From assembly GCA_963716985.1 (NCBI GenBank), contig OY970323.1, positions 1,856,001 through 1,920,000 on the forward strand: a DNA stretch of 64,000 nucleotides, in the 5' to 3' direction. Both the position numbers and the translations under genes were made by a program. Source of the DNA: an uncultured bacterium (lineage in GTDB: Bacteria; Chlamydiota; Chlamydiia; Chlamydiales; SM23-39). Numbering within the stretch: the first letter of the stretch is position 1; each line of letters begins with the position of its first letter. The notes under the pieces were generated by a model that made no database searches, was not told where the DNA came from, and saw only the letters and a list, made by a program, of their open reading frames with translations. This document shows, one piece after another, positions 39,216-49,440 of this stretch.

Positions 39216-41434
39216 AAAAAACGATCCATATCGCCTTAGTTGGCAATCCCAACTGCGGAAAAAGCACTCTTTTTAATGAACTGGTCAAAGGAAATCAGGA
39301 GGTCGGCAACTACCCCGGCGTCACGGTTGAGAAAAAAACCGGTTTTGTCTCTTACAAAGGCTGGGATTTTATGATTACGGACCTTCCCGGCATCTACAAT
39401 CTGACAGCGCAAAGCGAAGATGAGCGTATTGCAAAGGATTTTTTATTAGAAGAAAGGATCGATCTGGCGATCCAGGTGATCGATTCCACCCATATCGAGC
39501 GCCATCTTTTTTTGACGAGCCAGCTCATGGAGATGGGGCTGCCCCTGATGGTTGCTTTGAACATGTGGGACCTCGTAAAAAAACGAGGATTAGAGATCGA
39601 TTTGGAGCGTCTCAAACTTCTTTTAGAAATCGAGATCATCCCGACGGCCGCAGAGGCAAAGGAAGGGCTGTTCGATCTTCTTGATGTTGCAATCGACATC
39701 ATAGAAAAGAAAAAAAGCTCTTTTGGCGTTCGCTTTCCCTTTTCCCGGCAAATGGAGATCGGTCTTTTAAAAATCCAAAAACTTCTTGCGGAAGAACTGC
39801 CTTCTCTGGGTCAAAATGACTTGCGCTTTTTCGCTCTTCGTCTTCTGGAAGAAGATCCGTCTATCGAGAAAAAATGCTCTTCTCATTTGATGGAAGGGGT
39901 CAAAAAAACCGTCGATTCATTGAAGGAAAATAATCCAAGATCGGTGGAAATGCAGATCTCCATGGCGCGCCATGAGGAGATCAAAAAAATTGCGGACCTC
40001 TGCATAAAAAAAGAGGCCCACTTGCACCGGTCGATCTCGGACCGCATGGACAAAATTTTGCTCCATCGCGCTTGGGGTCTTCCGATTTTTTTTCTCTCCA
40101 TTTTCTTGATCTTTCACCTCACTTTTTCTTTAGGTTATTATCCATCGAAATGGCTGGAGTGGTTTTTTCAATTTTTAACGGACAGATGTGCGCAATTTTC
40201 TCCAAGAATCCTCTCCTTGCTTCTCACAAAGGGAGTGATCGGAGGCGTTGGCACCGTTCTCATTTTTCTTCCCAATATCTTCTTTCTTTTTTTAGGACTT
40301 TCCCTTTTAGAATCTACGGGATACATGACAAGAATTGCCTTTCTGATGGATCGCATCATGCACAAGATCGGCCTTCATGGGAAAAGCTTTCTTCCCATGC
40401 TCCTTGGCTTCGGCTGCACCGTGCCGGCCATTTTGGCCACGCGCATGTTAGAGAGCAAACGCGATCGATTCATCACGATGCTCATCCTCCCTTTGGTAGC
40501 CTGCAGCGCCAAACTGGTCGTGTTCGGGCTGCTCATTCCTCCGTTTTTTCCGCCGTTTTGGCGCCCCTTCGTTCTCTTTTCTCTTTATGTGATCGGGATC
40601 GTGCTCGCGATACTTTTGGCCAAGCTTTTACGCAAATGTCTCTTGAAAGAAGAGCGCTCTCCCTTTCTCGTTGAACTTCCTCCCTATCGGCCGCCGCAAA
40701 TCTCCTTCCTTTTAAAAATCACCTGCCGGAAGTCGTGGCACTACGTGAAAAAAGCAGGAAGCATCATCCTCCTGTTTTCCCTATTCTTCTGGGCTTTGAG
40801 CTACTTTCCGAAGGGACCTTCTTTAGATCTTGCTTTTGAAACCAGCGTCCAAGAGAAAAAAAGCTCTTTTTCAGAACTTGCAAAAGATCGGAGTTTAAGC
40901 CATTTAACATCCTTCCGGCTGCTTGCGAAAAAAGAGCGCATACTCTCCCATGAAAGCAAAACAAATCCTGCATCTCTTGCGGCATGCAAGAGCTTTTTCA
41001 GCGAAATTTCCCGTTTAAACGAAGAGAAAAACCAGAATATTCTCAAAGAGAGCTTTATCGGAGAAATAGGTAATTTCATCGCGCCCCTATTCAAGCCACT
41101 CGGGTTTGACTGGCGCATCAGCACCTCTCTTTTGGGAGCCTTCGCCGCCAAAGAGATTTTCATCTCGCAAATGGGCATACTTTTTGCAAGCCAAGAAGAT
41201 ATTCCTTTAGAGCAAAAGCTGCGAGGCTCCTATTCTCCCCTAGTTGCTTTTTGCATCATGCTTTTTATGCTGATCAGCACTCCTTGCATTGCCACGCTCG
41301 CAACTACACGGAAAGAGAGTTCTAACCGGTGGGCCCTGTTGCAACTGACTCTTCTGACCTTCATGGCCTATTTTCTGACCTGGATGGTCTACCAGGGAGC
41401 TTCCCTCTTTGAAAAACTCTTTTGGATCCATTGA
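39212..41434 (+). CDS. feoB: Ferrous iron transporter B
   Basis: GNPNCGKS, VGNYPGVTVE, DLPG, NMWD, GFGCTVP, AAKE. Confidence 0.97.
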   Translation: MKKTIHIALVGNPNCGKSTLFNELVKGNQEVGNYPGVTVEKKTGFVSYKGWDFMITDLPGIYNLTAQSEDERIAKDFLLEERIDLAIQVIDSTHIERHLFLTSQLMEMGLPLMVALNMWDLVKKRGLEIDLERLKLLLEIEIIPTAAEAKEGLFDLLDVAIDIIEKKKSSFGVRFPFSRQMEIGLLKIQKLLAEELPSLGQNDLRFFALRLLEEDPSIEKKCSSHLMEGVKKTVDSLKENNPRSVEMQISMARHEEIKKIADLCIKKEAHLHRSISDRMDKILLHRAWGLPIFFLSIFLIFHLTFSLGYYPSKWLEWFFQFLTDRCAQFSPRILSLLLTKGVIGGVGTVLIFLPNIFFLFLGLSLLESTGYMTRIAFLMDRIMHKIGLHGKSFLPMLLGFGCTVPAILATRMLESKRDRFITMLILPLVACSAKLVVFGLLIPPFFPPFWRPFVLFSLYVIGIVLAILLAKLLRKCLLKEERSPFLVELPPYRPPQISFLLKITCRKSWHYVKKAGSIILLFSLFFWALSYFPKGPSLDLAFETSVQEKKSSFSELAKDRSLSHLTSFRLLAKKERILSHESKTNPASLAACKSFFSEISRLNEEKNQNILKESFIGEIGNFIAPLFKPLGFDWRISTSLLGAFAAKEIFISQMGILFASQEDIPLEQKLRGSYSPLVAFCIMLFMLISTPCIATLATTRKESSNRWALLQLTLLTFMAYFLTWMVYQGASLFEKLFWIH

Positions 41435-41478
41435 CAAATACTTTTTTTTTTCGCAGAGTGAAGAAAAGGAAAAAGAAG

Positions 41479-41565
41479 ATGTTTCTTCATGGGTTGATTT
41501 CCGTTACATCTGTTCTTCTTTTGGCCTATCTTTTGTCCGTCATTTTATGGCCTGAACATTTTTGA
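41479..41565 (+). CDS. kdpF: K+-transporting ATPase subunit F (28 aa, not in the ORF track)
   Basis: MFLHGLISVTSVLLLAYLLSVILWPEHF*, with the KdpF YL..L..PE.F signature directly upstream of kdpA. Confidence 0.88.
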   Translation: MFLHGLISVTSVLLLAYLLSVILWPEHF

Positions 41566-41574
41566 GCAAAACAG

Positions 41575-43290
41575 ATGAAATTTTCTCATTGGATCACTCT
41601 TTTCTCGCTTCTCTCTCTTCTCACTTTGCTCAGAAAACCCTTAGGGCTCTATCTTTCTCAAATATTCGATCCCAAAGAAAAAACCTTTCTAGACCCCCTC
41701 TTGGGCAAGGTAGAGCGCCGAATCTATCGGCTATGCCATATCAATCCGGAAGAAGAGGAGAGTGCGCGCGAGTATCTCTTTTCCGTCCTGATCTTTAGCT
41801 TTTCGTCTCTTGTCTTTGTCTTTCTCGTGCTCCAAATGCAAGGATTCCTTCCTCTAAATCCCGAACATTTTCCGTCCCCTTCCATGGATTTAAATTTCAA
41901 TACCGCAGTCAGTTTTATCACCAACACCAACTGGCAAAATTACAGTGGGGAGAAAACGCTTTCCTATTTTTCCCAAATGACCGCCCTTGCCGTTCAAAAT
42001 TTTCTATCGCCCGCCGTCGGCCTGAGCGTTCTTGCAGCCCTCACAAGAGGACTTTCCCGCCATAAGGAAAAAACCGTTGGGAATTTTTTTACCGACCTCA
42101 TCCGCTCCACGCTCTATCTTTTTTTACCGCTTGCATGGATTTTTTCCCTTTTTCTCCTCTGGCAGGGAGTGCCGCAAAACTTTCAACCCTATCAAAAAGC
42201 CATCTGCCTCGAAACCCACAGGCCGCAACTCATCGTGCAGGGACCGATTGCCTCGCAAGAAGCCATCAAGCTTCTGGGCACTAACGGCGGCGGATATACC
42301 AATACCAACTCCGCCCATCCTTATGAAAATCCAACGCCGCTTTGCAATTTCCTTCAAATTCTCGCTCTTCTGCTCATTCCCGCGGCGCAAACCTTCTATT
42401 TTGGAAAAGAAATCAAAAACGCCGGACATGGATGGACTCTTTATCTCGTCATGTGCTCTCTTTTTATTTTAGGAGTTTTTTTATGCAGTCATGCTGAAGA
42501 AGCAGGAACTCCTCTTCTCAAAGAAATCAGCCATCTTTCTTCCTCACCAAACATGGAAGGAAAAGAGGTGCGCTTTGGCATTTTTGACTCTACTCTTTTT
42601 GCTACAGCAACAACAGCTACCTCTACCGGCGCCACCAACTCCTCCCATACCTGTTACACCCCTCTCGGAGGCCTGATCCCCCTGCTCAATATGGAGCTCG
42701 GAGAAATCCTTTTCGGCGGCGTTGGCTCTGGTCTTTATGACATGGTGATCTTTATCATCATCTCCATTTTTCTCGCTGGGCTGATGGTGGGAAGAACGCC
42801 GGATTATCTGGGCAAGCGATTGGAGAGCGGTGAAATCAAAATGACCATGCTCGCCATGCTCACTCTCTTTACGACCATCCTCGGGTTTACGGCATTTGCC
42901 TGCACTTCTCCCGAGAGCCAAGCAGCAATCAACAATCAAGGGCCTCATGGGCTGACGGAAATCCTCTACGCCTTTACTTCTTGCGCTGCAAACAATGGCA
43001 GCGCTTTTGCAGGAAGTAATTTCAATATCCCCTGGTATAACATCACACTATCTCTCGCCATGCTCGTGGGCCGATTTTGCGTACTTATTCCCATACTTCT
43101 TTTGGCAGGCCTGTTCGTAAAAAAAGGGAAACACCCCACACAAGAGGGGTTCTTCCCCGTTGCCGGAATGCTCTTTTTCTTCCTTTTAACCGGCGTCATT
43201 ATCATCATCGGAGCACTAACCTATTCTCCGCCGCTTGTTTTAGGCCCCATTTTTGAACATTTCGACATGGTGCGAAAAATTTTCCACTAA
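41575..43290 (+). CDS. kdpA: K+-transporting ATPase subunit A
   Basis: SFITNTNWQ.YSGE, LGTNGGG, NSAHPYENPT, NNGSAFAG. Confidence 0.97.
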   Translation: MKFSHWITLFSLLSLLTLLRKPLGLYLSQIFDPKEKTFLDPLLGKVERRIYRLCHINPEEEESAREYLFSVLIFSFSSLVFVFLVLQMQGFLPLNPEHFPSPSMDLNFNTAVSFITNTNWQNYSGEKTLSYFSQMTALAVQNFLSPAVGLSVLAALTRGLSRHKEKTVGNFFTDLIRSTLYLFLPLAWIFSLFLLWQGVPQNFQPYQKAICLETHRPQLIVQGPIASQEAIKLLGTNGGGYTNTNSAHPYENPTPLCNFLQILALLLIPAAQTFYFGKEIKNAGHGWTLYLVMCSLFILGVFLCSHAEEAGTPLLKEISHLSSSPNMEGKEVRFGIFDSTLFATATTATSTGATNSSHTCYTPLGGLIPLLNMELGEILFGGVGSGLYDMVIFIIISIFLAGLMVGRTPDYLGKRLESGEIKMTMLAMLTLFTTILGFTAFACTSPESQAAINNQGPHGLTEILYAFTSCAANNGSAFAGSNFNIPWYNITLSLAMLVGRFCVLIPILLLAGLFVKKGKHPTQEGFFPVAGMLFFFLLTGVIIIIGALTYSPPLVLGPIFEHFDMVRKIFH

Positions 43291-43305
43291 AGAGGCTTTT
43301 TTTTC

Positions 43306-45312
43306 ATGAAAAACGTTCCGAAAAAGAAACACTTTCGCCTGCGGCTCTTTTGGGATGCATTGAAAAAATTTCATCCCTCTCTCCTTATCCACAACCCCGT
43401 GATGTTTTTGACTGCTATCGGCGCCCTCATCACCACACTCGAGCTCTTCTTTGCCAAAGAAAATCTTTTCACATTCACCCTCCACATCGCAATCTGGCTT
43501 TGGGCAACCGTTCTATTTGCAAATTTTTCCGAAGCCTTTTCCGAAAGCCGCAATGAACGCTACGCCTCCTCTCTCAGAGCCACCCGGCAGGTCGCTTATG
43601 CCAACTTGATTCAAGGAGAGATCATCTCTCGCATCGCCGCATCTCTTCTCAAAAAAAATGATCTGATTCTCATCAAAAGCGGGGAAACGGTCCCGACCGA
43701 TGGAGACATCGTCGAAGGCAGCGCCTCGATTGACGAGTCCGCCATCACGGGAGAATCCGCTCCTGTGATTCGCGCTTACGGAAGCGATCAGAGCACCGTG
43801 ACCGCGGGGACCAAACTTCTCTCGGATCAGATCAAGGTAAGAGTCACCGCAAATCCCGGAGAAACCTACCTCGATAAAATGATCCAGCTCATCGAAACCG
43901 CAAAGAGAAAAAAAACCCACAATGAGCTGGCGCTGACCATCCTTTTATCCGGACTCTCCTTCATTTTTCTCATCGTGATCATCTCTCTGAAGGTCTTCGG
44001 CAACTATTATCAAAGCGAATTTCCCTACAGCATGCTCGTCTCCTTTCTTGTTTGTTTGATTCCGACGACCATTGCCGGGCTTTTGAGCGCCATTGGCATT
44101 GCAGGGATCAACCACCTGATGAAATATAACGTTCTTGCTATGAGCGGACAGGCCATTGAAGCGGCAGGAGACATCGATATCTTCATGGTGGATAAAACGG
44201 GAACCATCACGCTTGGCAACCGCCATGCGGTGGCCTTCTTTCCCGAAGAAAAGATTATAGAAGAAGATCTCGCTAAAGCCGCCTATCTTTCTTCTCACGG
44301 AGATATCACTCCGGAAGGGAAAAGCATCGTAGATCTTGCATTAAAACTCTTTCCCCATTTCAAAGGACTAGATCTTAAGGGCACATTCATTCCTTTCAGC
44401 GCATCTACCCGAGTCAGCGGCATTGATACAAATGGCACCTCGATTCGAAAAGGCGCCAATGACATCATTGAAAAGTCGGCTTTGAAAGCCCCTTCTTTCT
44501 ATCTCAAACAAAAGGTCGAAGAGATTGCAAAAAGAGGGGGATCTCCTCTCTTGGTCTCTTCTAACGGGGCCATCTTGGGCGTCATCCATTTGAAAGACGT
44601 GATCAAGCCCGGGATTGCCGAGCAGTTTCGAAAATATCGCCTTTTGGGACAGAAAATCGTCATGGTCACCGGGGACAATGCGACCACTGCAACTACGATT
44701 GCAAAAGAAGCCGAGGTTTCCGATTTCATTGCGGAGGCCACGCCCGAACATAAGCTTTCCTATTTGGAAAGCATGCAAAAGAAAGGGTTCATGGTCGCAA
44801 TGACGGGAGACGGGGTCAATGATGCTCCCGCACTGGCCCACGCAAACGTCGGCGTGGCCATGAATGCCGGGACACAGGCAGCAAAAGAGGCGGGAAACAT
44901 GATCGATCTGGACTCCAATCCCACCAAACTCTTTACCATCATCGAAGTGGGCAAGCAGCTTCTCATGACAAGAGGGGCGCTTACCACCTTTAGCATCGCC
45001 AATGACGTGGCCAAATATTTTGCCGTCCTGCCCGCCATGCTCATGCCCCTCTTTCCCTTTTTCAAATCTTTGAATCTATTGAATCTCGCAACTCCGCAAA
45101 CGGCGATTTTAAGCGCCATCATCTTCAATGCGCTCATCATCGTCGCTCTGATCCCCCTGGCCATGAAAGGAATCAAATTCACTCCCCAAAAACCCGAAAT
45201 CATCCTAAAGAAAAACCTTCTTATTTATGGACTTGGCGGGGTCATACTCCCCTTTATCGGAATTAAGCTAATTGATATGATGATCGCAAACTTGCATTTC
45301 CTTCCTTTATGA
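43306..45312 (+). CDS. kdpB: K+-transporting ATPase subunit B
   Basis: TGES, DKTGTIT, TGDGVNDAPAL, DLDSNPTKL. Confidence 0.97.
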   Translation: MKNVPKKKHFRLRLFWDALKKFHPSLLIHNPVMFLTAIGALITTLELFFAKENLFTFTLHIAIWLWATVLFANFSEAFSESRNERYASSLRATRQVAYANLIQGEIISRIAASLLKKNDLILIKSGETVPTDGDIVEGSASIDESAITGESAPVIRAYGSDQSTVTAGTKLLSDQIKVRVTANPGETYLDKMIQLIETAKRKKTHNELALTILLSGLSFIFLIVIISLKVFGNYYQSEFPYSMLVSFLVCLIPTTIAGLLSAIGIAGINHLMKYNVLAMSGQAIEAAGDIDIFMVDKTGTITLGNRHAVAFFPEEKIIEEDLAKAAYLSSHGDITPEGKSIVDLALKLFPHFKGLDLKGTFIPFSASTRVSGIDTNGTSIRKGANDIIEKSALKAPSFYLKQKVEEIAKRGGSPLLVSSNGAILGVIHLKDVIKPGIAEQFRKYRLLGQKIVMVTGDNATTATTIAKEAEVSDFIAEATPEHKLSYLESMQKKGFMVAMTGDGVNDAPALAHANVGVAMNAGTQAAKEAGNMIDLDSNPTKLFTIIEVGKQLLMTRGALTTFSIANDVAKYFAVLPAMLMPLFPFFKSLNLLNLATPQTAILSAIIFNALIIVALIPLAMKGIKFTPQKPEIILKKNLLIYGLGGVILPFIGIKLIDMMIANLHFLPL

Positions 45313-45905
45313 AAAAGCTGATCAAAAGACTCTTTTCTTCTTTTTTGTCTCTGCTATTTCTCACTCTGATTTTGGGCTTTTTTTATCCAATGCTTGTCTT
45401 TTTCTGTGGGAAGCTCTTCTTTTCGCAAAAAGCAAACGGCTCTCTTGTTTACCAAGAGGGCACGCTTGTGGGCTCTGCTCTCATCGGTCAAAACTTTTCT
45501 GAGGACCGCTATTTTCACCCACGGCCCTCTTACGCAGGAGATAAAGGCTACGATGCCATTGATTCGAGTGCAAGCTGCCTTGCAGTGACTTCTTCCAAAT
45601 TGGAAAAGCAAATCAGCCAAAATGCGCTAAATTATCGAAAAATCAATGGCCTTTCACCCGAAGCACCCCTTCCCGTCGATGCCATCACGGCTTCTGCCAG
45701 CGGACTCGATCCGCACATTAGTCCGGAAAATGCCCATCTGCAAATCCCTCGCATCGCGCGCACACGTCATTTAAGTGAAAAGGAAGTGCAAGAGCTGGTG
45801 GAAAAACATTTGGACAAGCCTCTGTTTTTTATTTTCGGCCAAAAGAGGATCAACGTTCTGATGATCAACCAGGCGCTCGATCAGCTTGCCACAGAAAAAA
45901 AATGA
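45309..45905 (+). CDS. kdpC: K+-transporting ATPase subunit C
   Basis: ANGSL, GSALIGQ.F, TASASGLDPHISP, INVL. Confidence 0.96.
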   Translation: MKKLIKRLFSSFLSLLFLTLILGFFYPMLVFFCGKLFFSQKANGSLVYQEGTLVGSALIGQNFSEDRYFHPRPSYAGDKGYDAIDSSASCLAVTSSKLEKQISQNALNYRKINGLSPEAPLPVDAITASASGLDPHISPENAHLQIPRIARTRHLSEKEVQELVEKHLDKPLFFIFGQKRINVLMINQALDQLATEKK

Positions 45906-45906
45906 G

Positions 45907-47139
45907 CTACTCCTCGTAAAGGAGAAAGTTCTTCCTTTTTTCCACAAAGCATTCTCTTTCTTTCTGCTCGAAATGGATCATCTTCCAAACAACGTATTTT
46001 TCTTTTTCTATCATTTGCAGGATCTCTGCATTTCCATTGACGCGGCAAAACTGCCTCTTTTTTTCCGCGCTCAAATCGTGAAAATATTTTTGAATTTCTT
46101 TCGGATAAAGGGATTTCAAAAGTCCCAAAAGAGCATATTGAACGCTCAGCGGACGATAGCTTTTTTTGTCGGTAATCAGGATGTGCACGCCATAACAATC
46201 TAAGTTTTTAAACACGCCATAAAAAGGGCGAAAGGAAAAGGGTAAAAATTTGACTCCCGGAAGATTTTGCCGATTTAACTGCATAGCTAGCCTCACTCCG
46301 TCGATCCAAGGAGCCCCCACCACCTTAAAAGGAAGCGTATATCCAATCCCGATACTGACCAGGTCCAGCTCTCCCAAAATTCCCGTAGACGCATAATAGA
46401 GGGGCGTATCGGCTTCCGGAATATGCGGGCTTGTAGGAATCCAGAAAAGACCCGTGTCTTGATAGGTCATCTTCCTTTTCCATCCCTTCATGGGGATCAC
46501 CGTGAGACGGCATTTGATCTCATACTGGTCATTAAAATAATGGGCCAGCTCTCCGATCGTCATCCCATGGCAATAGGGAACGTTCACATACCCTAAAAAG
46601 GAGCGCCACTCTTCATGCAGCATAGGGCCATCGACTAAAGAACCTCCAAGAGGATTCGGCCGATCGAAGACCATTACTTCAACGTCCTGTTTTGCCGCTT
46701 CTTCCATCACGTAGAAAAGGGTAGTCGCATAGGTATAAGGACGGCAGCCGATCTCCTGTATGTCGAAAATGACGAGATCGATTCCTTCCAGCATCTTCTC
46801 CGTCGGCCGTCTTGTAGATCCGTAAAGACTATAGACGGGAATGCCTTCCTGCTCTTTTTCATGATCAATCTTTTCAGCTGCCAGAGCCGATCCCCGAATG
46901 CCATGTTCCGGAGAAAACAGAGCTACCACTTGGTAGTCTTTTGCATGTCTCTGGAGAAGCTCGAATGTCGTATTGAGAGAACTATTGACGCCCGTATGAT
47001 TGGTGACAAGGCCTACCTTTTTCTTTTTCAAAAGCTGCACATGTCCGTCCTCAAAAAAGACATCCACCCCCAAACGCACGCAGGGCGATGAAAAAAGAAA
47101 TGCATTCCAGAAAAAAAAGAAAAGAAAGAGTTTCTTCAT
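45907..47139 (-). CDS. DUF1343 / NamZ-like exo-beta-N-acetylmuramidase
   Basis: VGLVTNHTG, FSPEHGIRG, SLYG, FDIQEIG.R.YTY, DRPNP, HGMTIGELA; signal peptide from ATG 47139. Confidence 0.9.
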   Translation of the reverse strand: MKKLFLFFFFWNAFLFSSPCVRLGVDVFFEDGHVQLLKKKKVGLVTNHTGVNSSLNTTFELLQRHAKDYQVVALFSPEHGIRGSALAAEKIDHEKEQEGIPVYSLYGSTRRPTEKMLEGIDLVIFDIQEIGCRPYTYATTLFYVMEEAAKQDVEVMVFDRPNPLGGSLVDGPMLHEEWRSFLGYVNVPYCHGMTIGELAHYFNDQYEIKCRLTVIPMKGWKRKMTYQDTGLFWIPTSPHIPEADTPLYYASTGILGELDLVSIGIGYTLPFKVVGAPWIDGVRLAMQLNRQNLPGVKFLPFSFRPFYGVFKNLDCYGVHILITDKKSYRPLSVQYALLGLLKSLYPKEIQKYFHDLSAEKKRQFCRVNGNAEILQMIEKEKYVVWKMIHFEQKERECFVEKRKNFLLYEE

Positions 47140-47344
47140 ATATTTGATTGCGTGCAAACCCAGAGCTGCAGGGCCGGGGAAAAACGCGGCTTTTTTGTTT
47201 GAAAATAACATGTAACCACATTTTTTTGCCAAGTCAACGAAGGAACGATTCCTATTCGACCTCTTTTTTTCCCAAATGAAGAGAGGAAAAAACTTCTCTT
47301 TGAAAAAATAGAAATCTGCCCTACTCTTTGTAAAAACATCGAGA

Positions 47345-48367
47345 ATGAACGTGAAAAAAGCACTGATTCTTTCCATTTTTTTCTTCCTACTCCTAAGCTC
47401 TGCCATCTATTTCATCCACTTTGCCACAAAAGAAGATACCGTTTACATTGCGGCCGGCTTTTTTCAAGGGCCCTTTGGAGAAAAGGGAAAGCGGAAAATC
47501 ATTCCTCTTTACGGGTATTATCTTCCCCATGTATTTCAAGCCTATGGCTTGAAAGTCAAAGCTCCCAAGTCTTATAAAAAACTTCCACAAGCCAAAAAAA
47601 TCATTCTCTTCGACCTTATCTCCGACCACAACTTAGAAGCACTTTCCCATCAACCTCCCGAAAAGCTCTCTCTCTTTCTTTGGGAGCCGCCATCGACCGT
47701 CCCGGAAAATTATGATAAAAAGACCCATGAACTCTTCTCTAGAATCTATACCTGGAACGATGATCTTGTGGACAACAAGAAATATTTCAAACTCTACTGC
47801 CCCGATGCAAAGCAGATGATTGCAACGACTCTCCCTTTTGAAGAGAAAAAACTCTCTGCGCTTGTGTGCAGAAATAAAAAATCGAACCATCCGGATGAGC
47901 TCTATTCCGAAAGAGAAAAGGTCATCCAGTTTTTTGAAAAAAGAGCCCCTGAAGATTTTGATCTTTATGGCGAGGGGTGGGAAACAAAGGGATATAAAAC
48001 CTATAAGGGAGCGCCCGTAAGCAAAGAATGTCTCAAAGGATATAAGTTCAACTTTGCCTATGAAAACATGCACCATATCAACGGATACATCACGGAAAAG
48101 ATCTTCGAAACCTTTTATTACGGATGCGTCCCTGTCTATTGGGGAGCGGAAAATATTGCCGGCTACATTCCCGAAAATTGCTACATCGACCGAAGAAAAT
48201 TTTCTTCCAACGAGGAGCTCTACCTCTACCTGAAAAGCATCACCGCCGAGGACTATGCACTCTACCTGGATCATATTCGCGCCTTCCTTAAAAGCGACTT
48301 GGCCAAACCCTTTACGCCCGAAACTTTCATCGAAACTCTCAAAGAAGCTGCCGGCATCCATAAATAG
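47345..48367 (+). CDS. GT10 (alpha-1,3-fucosyltransferase-like) glycosyltransferase
   Basis: YKFNFAYEN..GYITEKI..GCVPVYWGA motif; N-terminal anchor. Confidence 0.88.
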   Translation: MNVKKALILSIFFFLLLSSAIYFIHFATKEDTVYIAAGFFQGPFGEKGKRKIIPLYGYYLPHVFQAYGLKVKAPKSYKKLPQAKKIILFDLISDHNLEALSHQPPEKLSLFLWEPPSTVPENYDKKTHELFSRIYTWNDDLVDNKKYFKLYCPDAKQMIATTLPFEEKKLSALVCRNKKSNHPDELYSEREKVIQFFEKRAPEDFDLYGEGWETKGYKTYKGAPVSKECLKGYKFNFAYENMHHINGYITEKIFETFYYGCVPVYWGAENIAGYIPENCYIDRRKFSSNEELYLYLKSITAEDYALYLDHIRAFLKSDLAKPFTPETFIETLKEAAGIHK

Positions 48368-48423
48368 GCCCTGGAAGGTGGGCACAAGTGCGCCCTTATG
48401 TGCAGATATAGGAAGATGAGAAG

Positions 48424-49368
48424 ATGGATCAATCGGTTTTTAAGATGGGAGAAATTGTGCAAAACTTCATAAAGAACCACATTCGTTTTTCACAACAAAT
48501 GGTCGTTTTTTTACTGCTCTTCTTTTTTTCCTCATGCGCGCGCACATCTGCGCCCATTTCTACCGATTCCCACCCCTATCGACTGGCCATTTGCGCAATG
48601 TTTAAAAATGAAGCTCCCTGGTTGAAGGAATGGATTCTCTATCATCATAAGGTATTGGGAGTCGACCATTTTTATCTCTATAACAATGACAGTACAGACC
48701 AGTACAAAGAGGTGCTACAGCCCTTTATCGATCAGCAAATCGTTGATTTGATCGACTGGTCATCGGATGCTCCTGCCCATAAAACCCAGGGTGCATTCAA
48801 CGATGCCCCTTGGGTAACTACCCAAATAGGGGCCTATAACGATTGTCTGAAAAATAAGGCGCTCGGAAGGGCCAGATGGGTGGCAATGATCGATATTGAT
48901 GAGTTTATTGTCCCGACAAAGGGAGTGGCTATCTTCTACAAACTGCTCGATCATGCACAAAAGAAAAATAAGGGTTCCGTTTGCCTTCACTGGCGCGTAT
49001 TTGGAACATCTCATGTGGAGGAATTAACGCATAGCGATCTGCTCACGGAAAAGCTCACCTGGAGATCTCGCGACGATCATCCCTGGAACCAGAGAGTCAA
49101 AAGTATTTATCGCCCGGAAGGAGTCTCCTTTTGTCTCGTGCATGTTGCTGAAAAACTCAATCCAAACTTTGGAAGCACAACGCTCAATCCCAATGAGGTG
49201 CGCATCCATCATTACTGGTCTCGGACAAAAAAGTTTTGTCTAGAAAGACGAAAACTTTCGGAACTCACGGATCCCGGTTTTTTCGAAGCGTTTCATCAAG
49301 TGGAAGATCGGTCCATCTTCCAATATCTTCCCATCATTAAAGAATCTCTGAACAGCGCGGATGAGTAA
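48424..49368 (+). CDS. GT92/GT2-like glycosyltransferase (possible lipoprotein)
   Basis: AICAMFKNEAP.LKEWI.YH, YNNDSTD, IDIDEF, IHHY. Confidence 0.85.
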   Translation: MDQSVFKMGEIVQNFIKNHIRFSQQMVVFLLLFFFSSCARTSAPISTDSHPYRLAICAMFKNEAPWLKEWILYHHKVLGVDHFYLYNNDSTDQYKEVLQPFIDQQIVDLIDWSSDAPAHKTQGAFNDAPWVTTQIGAYNDCLKNKALGRARWVAMIDIDEFIVPTKGVAIFYKLLDHAQKKNKGSVCLHWRVFGTSHVEELTHSDLLTEKLTWRSRDDHPWNQRVKSIYRPEGVSFCLVHVAEKLNPNFGSTTLNPNEVRIHHYWSRTKKFCLERRKLSELTDPGFFEAFHQVEDRSIFQYLPIIKESLNSADE

Positions 49369-49440
49369 AAAAACGGCCTCAAAACGTAAGAAGCCTGCAT
49401 GATTGGAAAAAAAGATGTACGCCGGAGATCCTCGCGTTTT

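Larger units (their letters stand above)
35155..40130. repeat. Tandem segmental duplication of about 2.4-2.5 kb (unit 1 about 35155-37575, unit 2 about 37577-40130)
   Basis: AAA 3' end, membrane genes B and A, feoA and the 5' part of feoB all occur twice; feoB stretches near-identical. Confidence 0.9.
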
